48,757 nucleotides of DNA from Salisapilia sapeloensis CBS 127946. Lineage: Eukaryota > Protista > Oomycota. Position numbers and translations under genes: made by a program. Below, in pieces: positions 29,607-38,265 of this stretch (within the stretch, counting starts at the first letter, position 1; each line of letters starts with the position of its first letter). Below the pieces are notes generated by a model, which worked only from the letters and a program-made list of their open reading frames with translations, did no database searches and was not told the origin of the DNA. The stretch spans positions 1-48,757 of the forward strand of contig JAADVB010000140.1 in assembly GCA_023334545.1 (NCBI GenBank), given 5' to 3'.

Positions 29607-32600
29607 TTACAGCTTCATGGGTAGCAAGTCCTTGTGATAGCGCCTGCGGAAGAAGTTGCGCACCGGTCCCTGCACGAAAATCCATTCGTACAACACGACG
29701 GCGACGGTGTTCGCGACGCCGATCACAAACAGCTCCCAACGGAATCCATCCGGAAGTGGAATGTCCGGCAGTCCCACGACATTTGTACTACTGGCCACTC
29801 GGAACTGATCACCAGTACGAGTCGGCGGCCCCACGAAGATGACACACATGAAGACCACGAGGACGGCGTAGTATCCAAGCAGGAACCAGTTTCGCCAAAT
29901 CGTTTCGCGGAAGCGAGAGCCAATACCTAGCTGTAGCCCAGTGCTCATCTGCTGCCAACAAACAAGGAACCACAAAGTAGGTCCTAGGTTACTGTCTTGA
30001 AGCAACCACCACTGGACAAGGTTCACGTTCAAAGGAGCAAACGGGCAGTACCACGGTTGGCGGACGAGGTGCTGAATACCACCATAGAGGAACAGGTAGT
30101 GGATAATGAACGCGCCAATCATAGACAGCATCGTTGTCGGACCGATGATACTGGACGTTGGACGTTCAGATCCTAGTTCCTTTAGAGGCTTTCCACGCGC
30201 CAATCCGTAGGAAAGACCCACGAGGATGGCGCCATCCAAATACATGAAGCCGAACTGGGAAATGAAGACAGAGTTGTGGTACATCACGAAGCGAGCGCCG
30301 ATGCCGATGAATCCGTACATGATCAAGTACTTGACACTGGCAAAAGACGTAGCTAATGCTCCACGGCCTTCCTTGACGATGTCCACGACAGACTGCAGTG
30401 TACGCTGTTTGCTCGTAAACGGCGACACTAGCGAGGCTTCCGCGTCGCTAAGTGCCACGCCAACATGAGCTAGACGCAGCGCGCCACAGTCGTTTCCACC
30501 ATCACCACACATACCGGTAACAGCACCACACTTCATGTGTAGGCGGACGCATTCCACTTTGCCGTCGGGCGTCATACGACTAAAGATACGGATATTCAGG
30601 AGAAGCTTATGGATATCGCCCATCTTGACGAGATGATCGAAGGCCTTGCCGGTCACGGCGAGCTCGACATTCGAGTCGTCGCTCTTGACCATCTCCTTGA
30701 CCTGGTCCATAGTGTGCACCTGCTGCGTGTCGACGTCCTTCCACACGAGCACGCTTCCCCTGGCATTGTCAATTTCCATGTCGCCGAGAATAACTTGAGC
30801 GTCATCACCTACGAGACCACTCGCACGGCCGATGTAGCATCCCGTCATGGCATTGTCACCAGTGATCATGACGGTACGAATGTCTCCTCTCTTGAGCGTC
30901 AAGAGAGCGTCTCTCGAGTCCGGTTTGAGCTCGTTACGGAACATGATCAGTCCTAGCATCGACAGACCTTCCTCCACCGCGTCACGATCCACTAGGAGTT
31001 TGTTCAGCTCAGCCTCGGACATTTCCGGCATCTCCTTGTACGAGATACCCAGCACGTAGCAACCCTTTCGAGCAAGACTGTCAGCCGTCGATTTGTAGTC
31101 GCTCGGGAGAGAGGAGGTATTAGAAATCTGCTCCATCTTTTCGTAAGATCCCTTGCAGAACACGTACAGCTTGCCACTCTCGCGATGACGCACCAGAACG
31201 CTCATGGACATGCGTGCGTGGTCGAACTCGAAACGCTTGACGACATCTAGGACGTCGCTGCCATCGTTCGTCTGGATGACAGGCATCTGGCCTTCTTCTT
31301 CCACGAGCTTCCACTGCGTGCTTTGGAACATCTTCACCTCTACTTCACTACCAACGAGTTGTCCGTTTAACGACCCGACGCTGTGGCAGGAAGCGAGACC
31401 ATAAGTCATGAGTGTTGGCAAGCTGTTGGATGCCACATCCTCTACTTCAGGCAAAAACTGCGTCGTAGAAGTGTCCATCGGAACACACCCTCTAAAGTCG
31501 AGTCCCTCTCTCGTGATCGTACCAGTCTTGTCGAAGCAGAAGACACGTAGCTTGCCACTCAAAATAATCCGGTGAGGGTTGATGCAAAAGATGTCCTGCT
31601 TTCGCAGACGCTTGGCAGCGTTCACTTGGCCGATTGTGATCACCACTGGAAGCAACGGATTGAGCACGGCCGAGAACATGAACATTCCGTACACGAATCC
31701 GAACGCCTGGTTGGTCAAACCAGCACCGTCAATGAGGAACTTCATGGCCAGATAAGCGGCAACGAAACCAAAGATGAATAGAGCGCCAAACACAGCCTTG
31801 AGCTGTTCGTCGTACTTGAAGCGCATCGGCATCGGGAACAAAATCGACTGGACGAGCTGACCACGGTTCGTGTGGGCACCAGTGGCTTGCACCACTGCCA
31901 CGATCTCTTCACCACGTCCAGAGGCAAGGACCTTCGTACCAGAGAAGAGCGTGTACTTCTTTCCAGATCCCTCTGCAGAGTACGTGTCAGAGCTGTGGGC
32001 AGGAATCGGGAATTTTTGCACCGGCATGGACTCCCCCGTCAGCATCGACTCGTCACAGACGGTCGAGCCTTGGACGATGACCAGGTCGCACGGCAGCTCC
32101 GTGTTTTCCGTGACACCGACGACGTCGCCAGGAGCAAGATCCGCCGAATCGACGGTCGTCCACTCGCCATCGCGCTTGACGCGGATGTCGCACGAGAACT
32201 TGGTCATCTCGACGATGGATGCCATCATACTGCGCTTGGTGTAGATGTTGAGCGTAGCTGTCACGAGAATGACGACCGTGTTCAACAGTCCGACGTACAC
32301 ATAGTCCGTGAAGTACCACGCGTAGTAGCACATGAGCTGGTAGATGTAGAAGAAGGAGAAGAACTCGTCGACGATGCTCACGTAGATACTAGGCATTTCG
32401 ACTTCAATCGCATTTCTGCCAACCACACCCACGCGTCGGTCATGCTCTGCTGTCGACAGACCTACTGATTCGGCAGCAATATTATCGAATGTATCGCCTA
32501 GGACGATGGAGCCAGGAATGAACTTTCGAGCATTGTCATCGTACGTGTAACGAAGGTGCTGGAACTCGACATACCGAGCACCGTCCGTCGTGGTGTGTAC

Positions 32601-33908
32601 CTCCACCGTCTCCTCCGCGCCCGAGTGGTGGTTGGGGAATAAAAAGTTCTCGGCACGAGCGACAAAGGTCGACACGCCTGTGCGGTCCTCAAGCAACACT
32701 TCCGACGTCTCCGGCTTGTGCATCTGCACACGAGAGCAGGAAGCCAAAGTGTCCGGGTATCGGAAGTAGTTCATCATGCGATCCCGGAGGCAGACGACAG
32801 CTCCGAGCCAGACACACGTGACGGCCCAGAGGACGATGAACATCACAATGATGGTCTGGTTCGCGTCAAAGAGACCGGCGTATTGTTCCGTGGCAAAGTT
32901 ACCAGTGTTATCCAAAATGATGATGATGATCGGGAAGTTTAGAATCACGGTCATGGCGGCAAAGTACCACAAGACGACTTTACCGACGAACGAATCCGAG
33001 TATCCGACTTGCACAACCTCATCCGAAACTTCCCTCAGGTGCACTTCAGAAGGACGGTTGGCGACAGATACGCCTGTGACAGACTTGTCAGGAGTCTCCG
33101 GGCCTCCGCGATAGTCCATCAAGCTCTTTCGACCATCGTCAGGCTTGACGGGCGTCAACGACGATGGTTTTCTGCCGGAACGGGCAGTGCGGAGCACGAT
33201 CCAAGCCGCCAGTAGCACGGCGCAGAGGCCGTAGAGGACGTAGAAGACAACAATCGGTGCTTCTTTGAACGACGTGTAGCGGTACATGGACGGGAACGAT
33301 TCTTGTGTGCACATCGAGCGCGCATCTTCATCCACTTCTCCATTGTCGAGCATCAGGCTGGTGCAATTAGCTCCTGTGAGCGGGAACGAGGCATTGTTGT
33401 TACGTGGACTCGGGTCCGATGACCAGTAGACGGTAAAGTCCTCCGAGTCCTCTGCAAGTGACTTGTTCTGTGCGAAACGGTCATCGTCGGGGTTGAAGGA
33501 GCATTGCAGCTTTTCAACCAATTTGCCGTCGACTGCGACATCGTTCAGACGGCACATCTTGCCTGGCTTGTTGTAGTTGTACCACGGCGTATCCGGTGCG
33601 TACATGGAGAAGTGGCCGTCTTTGGCCCAGTCGACCTGACGAGCCTTAGCCCAGCCTTCTTCGTAGTATTTTTCGTACGTGTGGCCGTGCACCGGGTCCG
33701 TCTTGGAGCTCGGACGATTAAACTTGGTATAGACAATCTTGTTCGTCGGACTGAGCTCGCAGCAGTAGTACTCGGGTGCATGGTTAATGGCACATGCCGG
33801 GAAGTCTTTCTGCGAGGCAGCGGCCTCCGTCACGGAAAGCAAAAGCGATGCCGTCGTGGCAAGCACGAGCAACGCTTGGAGCTTGTTATTCGGGGTAGTT
33901 GGATCCAT
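29607..33908 (-). CDS. P5-type P-ATPase (ATP13-like) with N-terminal signal peptide and Cys-rich extension
   Basis: FDKTGTIT phosphorylation site, MLTGES actuator motif, MITGDN and MCGDGGNDCGAL. The M4 motif reads VLNPLLP. First ATG is 33908 (the ORF-track start 33917 is GTG). Confidence 0.92.
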   Translation of the reverse strand: MDPTTPNNKLQALLVLATTASLLLSVTEAAASQKDFPACAINHAPEYYCCELSPTNKIVYTKFNRPSSKTDPVHGHTYEKYYEEGWAKARQVDWAKDGHFSMYAPDTPWYNYNKPGKMCRLNDVAVDGKLVEKLQCSFNPDDDRFAQNKSLAEDSEDFTVYWSSDPSPRNNNASFPLTGANCTSLMLDNGEVDEDARSMCTQESFPSMYRYTSFKEAPIVVFYVLYGLCAVLLAAWIVLRTARSGRKPSSLTPVKPDDGRKSLMDYRGGPETPDKSVTGVSVANRPSEVHLREVSDEVVQVGYSDSFVGKVVLWYFAAMTVILNFPIIIIILDNTGNFATEQYAGLFDANQTIIVMFIVLWAVTCVWLGAVVCLRDRMMNYFRYPDTLASCSRVQMHKPETSEVLLEDRTGVSTFVARAENFLFPNHHSGAEETVEVHTTTDGARYVEFQHLRYTYDDNARKFIPGSIVLGDTFDNIAAESVGLSTAEHDRRVGVVGRNAIEVEMPSIYVSIVDEFFSFFYIYQLMCYYAWYFTDYVYVGLLNTVVILVTATLNIYTKRSMMASIVEMTKFSCDIRVKRDGEWTTVDSADLAPGDVVGVTENTELPCDLVIVQGSTVCDESMLTGESMPVQKFPIPAHSSDTYSAEGSGKKYTLFSGTKVLASGRGEEIVAVVQATGAHTNRGQLVQSILFPMPMRFKYDEQLKAVFGALFIFGFVAAYLAMKFLIDGAGLTNQAFGFVYGMFMFSAVLNPLLPVVITIGQVNAAKRLRKQDIFCINPHRIILSGKLRVFCFDKTGTITREGLDFRGCVPMDTSTTQFLPEVEDVASNSLPTLMTYGLASCHSVGSLNGQLVGSEVEVKMFQSTQWKLVEEEGQMPVIQTNDGSDVLDVVKRFEFDHARMSMSVLVRHRESGKLYVFCKGSYEKMEQISNTSSLPSDYKSTADSLARKGCYVLGISYKEMPEMSEAELNKLLVDRDAVEEGLSMLGLIMFRNELKPDSRDALLTLKRGDIRTVMITGDNAMTGCYIGRASGLVGDDAQVILGDMEIDNARGSVLVWKDVDTQQVHTMDQVKEMVKSDDSNVELAVTGKAFDHLVKMGDIHKLLLNIRIFSRMTPDGKVECVRLHMKCGAVTGMCGDGGNDCGALRLAHVGVALSDAEASLVSPFTSKQRTLQSVVDIVKEGRGALATSFASVKYLIMYGFIGIGARFVMYHNSVFISQFGFMYLDGAILVGLSYGLARGKPLKELGSERPTSSIIGPTTMLSMIGAFIIHYLFLYGGIQHLVRQPWYCPFAPLNVNLVQWWLLQDSNLGPTLWFLVCWQQMSTGLQLGIGSRFRETIWRNWFLLGYYAVLVVFMCVIFVGPPTRTGDQFRVASSTNVVGLPDIPLPDGFRWELFVIGVANTVAVVLYEWIFVQGPVRNFFRRRYHKDLLPMKL

Positions 33909-34608
33909 CAGGCCCACCCCCTACCAACCTCCTTTAATTTGATGTAGCTAAGTGTTGTTAGTGCCGCTGATGTTGGCGGACTTGTCGGTCAGAGTCGCTC
34001 TCGCAAGGTGAGAAGTACGTCTTGGAGAGCAGATCAAGGAATGGCCTATAGGCAGGCTCGATTCTGTGTCACCAAATCAGACGATTTGACGGACCACATG
34101 TCCGATCTCTACTTGATGGTGGGCGAGCCGGAGCGCGTGCTTCATTACTATGAAGTCCAGCATTGGTGACCACACTGATAATGGATAAAGGAACGGCGGT
34201 CGGATACCTACCTGCACATAGACGCAGTTATATCGCATATACGTTCGTACAGAAGGTGCTTTTCAATCTCGTAAGCGTACGATAGTGGATTAAACGGGAA
34301 ATCGCCGCGAGTACAAACGACCGAACCACTCAAAGTGTCGACAGGTGGAGATGCTTTTTGAAAGATGTGCAGCTTGGCATCGATAAAGAAGCAAGAGTAG
34401 GATGTGGCAGTTCTTACGCTGCACCTAGTGACTAGAAGAGGAGATGAGTGCTTCAAAACTTCAGCAAAAGATAGACTCGCCCTAGCATATCCATCTGGGT
34501 TTCCATAGTCACAATGGAATAAGAACCTCTGGAACGAATGGCTGTCCGATTGGCATATGGTTCTATTGGATCCAGATTACTTGACCCGCACCGACACGAC
34601 TCCTCGTA

Positions 34609-35394
34609 ATGGTTGACTTCTATTCGCGCGACTTTGACTGGGAGGAGCACGCTCGGGACTGCCGAGCAGCAGTCGAAGCTCCACAGCAGACACCGTCCGT
34701 GCAATTCGACCCGAAAGAGAGGTGGGAGACTTTTCACCGACAAAACTCCGGGAAGGCATATAAGCCTCGGCGGTACCTAACGAGTGAGTTTCCGGAGCTT
34801 CAGACTTTGGATGGCAATCAACTCACCACCGAAATTCTGGAAATTGGATGTGGATACGGCAGCTCCATCTTCCCCATCCTCGAAACGTGTCCTCACATCC
34901 ATGCGCAAGTGTGTGACTTGAGTCCTCACGCCATCGACATCTTACGCAATAATCCTTCACATGACAACTCGCGATGTCGAGCCTTCGTACTGGACATTAC
35001 GCAAGACGATCTAGACGTGCCTAAAAACTCGGTGGATATCGTTCTACTCGTCTTCACCTTGTCTTCCATCCACCCATCCCACCACGACAGCGTCATGGAG
35101 AAAATTTACAACGTCCTCAAGCCAGGAGGTATCCTGTGCTTTCGAGACTATGGACTGTACGATCTAGCCATGCTCCGGAGTTCCCAAAAGCTGTCTTCAT
35201 CGCTCTACTATCGCCAAGACGGCACGCTCGCCTACTTCTTTTCGACCGAGACACTTCCATCGACCAACTTTTCCATCCTCGAAAACGAGTACCACACCGT
35301 CCTGCTCAAGAACCGTCGGAAACAGTCGGATATGAAACGCGTCTACCTTCATGCTAAACTCCAGAAGCCAACGAAAGAAAAAAGTACCAACTAG
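34609..35394 (+). CDS. METTL6: tRNA N3-methylcytidine methyltransferase, METTL2/6 (Trm140) family
   Basis: WETFHRQN..YKPRRYLTSEFPEL, ILEIGCGYGSSIFP, CDLSPHAI, VFTLSSIHP, LKPGGILCFRDYGLYDLAMLR and YYRQDGTLAYFF. Confidence 0.85.
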   Translation: MVDFYSRDFDWEEHARDCRAAVEAPQQTPSVQFDPKERWETFHRQNSGKAYKPRRYLTSEFPELQTLDGNQLTTEILEIGCGYGSSIFPILETCPHIHAQVCDLSPHAIDILRNNPSHDNSRCRAFVLDITQDDLDVPKNSVDIVLLVFTLSSIHPSHHDSVMEKIYNVLKPGGILCFRDYGLYDLAMLRSSQKLSSSLYYRQDGTLAYFFSTETLPSTNFSILENEYHTVLLKNRRKQSDMKRVYLHAKLQKPTKEKSTN

Positions 35395-35433
35395 TTAAAT
35401 TCCAAACTACAAATCTCACTGCGTAAAAGTTTC

Positions 35434-37145
35434 TCACTCGGCCACTTCGATCGTAGCCTCCTCCATCTCGAAGCTCTGACGGTCCCAGTCCCAGTCCAGC
35501 AAATCCTTGAGCAACTCGACCACGTCCTGTGACACAGACACGCCGAACTGCACCGCTGTTGTCGAAGGATACGTCGCCAACACGCCCTGCACGTCCGCCA
35601 TCCGATAGCAGCGCTTCATCGTATCACGAGGCAACGGCAGCTTATTGTTCTCAAACAACGCGCGGAACTCTGGACTCTCACGTAGCAGCGCCAAGTGGCC
35701 TGTGAAGGTTTCACGACCTGCTCTCTCGCGAATGTCTTTTAACGTTGGACGCATCTCCAGCGCAAAGCTTGAGAGCACCTCGTCGATCAAATACACGCCA
35801 TGCTGCACGACGCAGTGTGGTCGAAAGACAGCGTCATACTCGAGGTACTCCATCTGACGTGTCCATAGGCGACATGTCGGCAGGAACTGGGCGATGTTCT
35901 GTAGCAGAGGCTTCGGAAGTCTCATGCTGCGGTCCAGCAGCTCCCTCGTGACCTGGTGACGTTTCGGGCAAGGGGTCTTTAGCACCGTCGCTCGGCCATG
36001 CACTACCAGAGAGCTCATTCGCATCAACTCGCGACTACGCTTGCGTCTCAATTCGTTCCGCATGAGCCTCAACTGGTTCGACACAGTAATTTGTAAAAAC
36101 AAGCGGACGTGGCCTCGTCGATGAGCAGTCTCTGCCGCGGTCTTGTCGCGATCGTCTTTCTTAAAAATGTCTGCGCCGGCAGTCAACAGCGCCTCGACGG
36201 CTTCCAGGTGACCTCTCTTGGCCGCCAAGAGCAGAGCGGTGGAGCCCTGTCGGGTCTGTGTGTTTACGTCCGAGCCAGCCTCGATGAGGAGCGTCGCGAT
36301 GGACGCGTGGCCTCTTTGCGCAGCCAGCATGAGAGCCGTCATGCCCTCATTGTTGGCTGCGCACGGATCGGACCGACGCTCCAGGAGGAAGTGGACCACG
36401 GCCTCGCGACCTTCTTGGGCGGCACGCATGAGGGGCGTCGTCCCCTTGAGATTGGCATAGTTGGCGTTGGCTCCGTAGTCTATCAGGCGCTGGACAGTAC
36501 TCAGGTGTCCAAAGTGGGCGGCCGGAATTATAGCCGTGTTCTTGGCCTCCTCACTGGCGCCATTGCGCATGAGCATCTCTGTCATATCCGTGTGCCCTTT
36601 CTGAGCGGCAAGCTGCAATGCACATAGACGTTTGGACTACGCGTAGACGTTAGATCAAGTGGATTTTAACACGATACGATCGATAGTACGTTTGTTTGGT
36701 TGACATCGGCGCCGTTGTCCAGGAGGAATTGACAGAGACTGGGCAGGTGCTGCCGCACGCCGATCATGAGCAACGTGAAACCGTTCTCGTCTTCGTCCGA
36801 GACGAGTCGAGATAGAATTTCGCGCCCATTGTGGCTTTGCTGGACTTCTCCTAGACACTTATCGAGCATATGAGGCTTGGGCTCTCGTGCCCATTTAAAG
36901 ACTTCCCGCGCAACGTCTTCATAGACGAGGACGGTGGATTCACTGGATTCGACGAGTAGTCCTGTACTGTGGTTTTCTTCGTCGTCTGTACTGGATTCTT
37001 CCGTGGCGCTAATAGTAGTGTTGTGCGCTGGTCGGGAGGAAAAGAGGGGAAAGTCGAGACTCTGCGGGACGGACCAGAAGGACGTGCCTTGGTTGTCTTC
37101 TACGCGGATCCGTTTCCGAGGTGGCTCCTCGCGCCCTTCGCTCAT
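35434..37145 (-). CDS. Ankyrin repeat protein; exons 37145-36690 and 36636-35434
   Basis: Intron 36637-36689 (gtact...gcgtag) joins GADVNQTN|SKRLCALQLAAQKGH. About six ankyrin repeats (e.g. GTTPLMRAAQEGR, GMTALMLAAQRGH, GSTALLLAAKRGH) precede a helical C-terminal region. Confidence 0.88.
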
Positions 37146-37486
37146 TCTTTAGCCGATCGATTCGGAAATGGAGAGTACTAAAAAAAAGGTACGACGGCCG
37201 AAAGTGGCCGTTTTCGAGTATACAAACAGCAAGTCTTTAAAATTTTACTTAACTGGGACATCAGACGAAACAGGTTCCAAAGACTTGTCTCTTCCACCAA
37301 AAGACATGAGATCTACAGGGTCAATTACAAATTACAGGATATTTGAACTGCGCTTGACTATTCATTGCCTGGATGCGGTTTCCTCAAATGTATATGCTAC
37401 AAGGCAGGTCTTATCTGATTCCAATAGGATCGAGCTACGGGAAGAGATACATCGGTGCATGCACATTACAGTTCAAAAAGACCTTG

Positions 37487-38209
37487 TTAGCTGTTAAAGA
37501 TTCTCGTGTAAAGTTGGTCGTGCATATTTTGCACCAAGTCCAGCACTGGAGCAGAAGTATACGCATCAGCGATCAGTCGATCTTTTTTCTGCCGCCATAC
37601 CTCTTCCACTTCCTCTTCCATTTGCATGAGCATTTTAGAAGCTTGTGTCGGACCGATGAGATTCAGTCGCGTCGCAGCACTCACTGCATCCCGCATACAG
37701 CAATATAAAAACATCTTTTGTGCCGTTCCGCTTTCGATGTCCAGCATGCCGCACACAACTCCAAAGATGACGGTTTGATGCATTCCTTTGTGTCCATGCA
37801 AGCTCTTCTCTCTAGATTTCTTTCGAATATCACCCAATAGAGTGTTCAAGTCCAAACGCGTATTTAAAAAAGAAGGATAAATCGCTTGGGCAAGTCGCAG
37901 CATGGCGTTACCCTGGGCAACTGACGCCTTCGTCGCAACATGATTCGAAAACAATGCACTGGTCTCATTGTTCAACCGCTCCAGTTCCTCCAAAATCTCT
38001 TCCGGAGATGACAAGGAAGCAGCCGAATGGGCGGATGTGACGATCGGCATGGACAAATTGGCTGTTTGGTGTAAAGTGGAACTTAGAAACGCGTCCAAGG
38101 AAAAAGGGTGATCAAGTAGCTTTTCCTGTAACATCGCTTCGAGTCCGAGCGAGTGGGCAAAGCCTCCAGTGGGACAGAACGAGTCCACGAGCTGCCATTC
38201 CCGCCACAT
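37487..38209 (-). CDS. ureF: Urease accessory protein UreF
   Basis: WQLVDSFCPTGGFAHSLGLE, ASVAQGNAMLRL, HQTVIFGVVCG, RDAVSAATRLNLIGP, APVLDLVQNMHDQLYTRIFNS (the UreF C-terminal 'RxFxS'). First ATG is 38209. Confidence 0.92.
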   Translation of the reverse strand: MWREWQLVDSFCPTGGFAHSLGLEAMLQEKLLDHPFSLDAFLSSTLHQTANLSMPIVTSAHSAASLSSPEEILEELERLNNETSALFSNHVATKASVAQGNAMLRLAQAIYPSFLNTRLDLNTLLGDIRKKSREKSLHGHKGMHQTVIFGVVCGMLDIESGTAQKMFLYCCMRDAVSAATRLNLIGPTQASKMLMQMEEEVEEVWRQKKDRLIADAYTSAPVLDLVQNMHDQLYTRIFNS

Positions 38210-38265
38210 CGTCCAACTGACCACGTGCTAATCTGATAACGAAAGAAAAGAAAAAAGATTTTCTT

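Noticed and set aside
29634-33947. Many 60-200 aa antisense and alternative-frame ORFs over the P5 ATPase (and likewise over TPC, TUTase, CFAP44)
   Set aside because: Expected shadows of GC-rich, codon-biased coding sequence, with no recognisable motifs.
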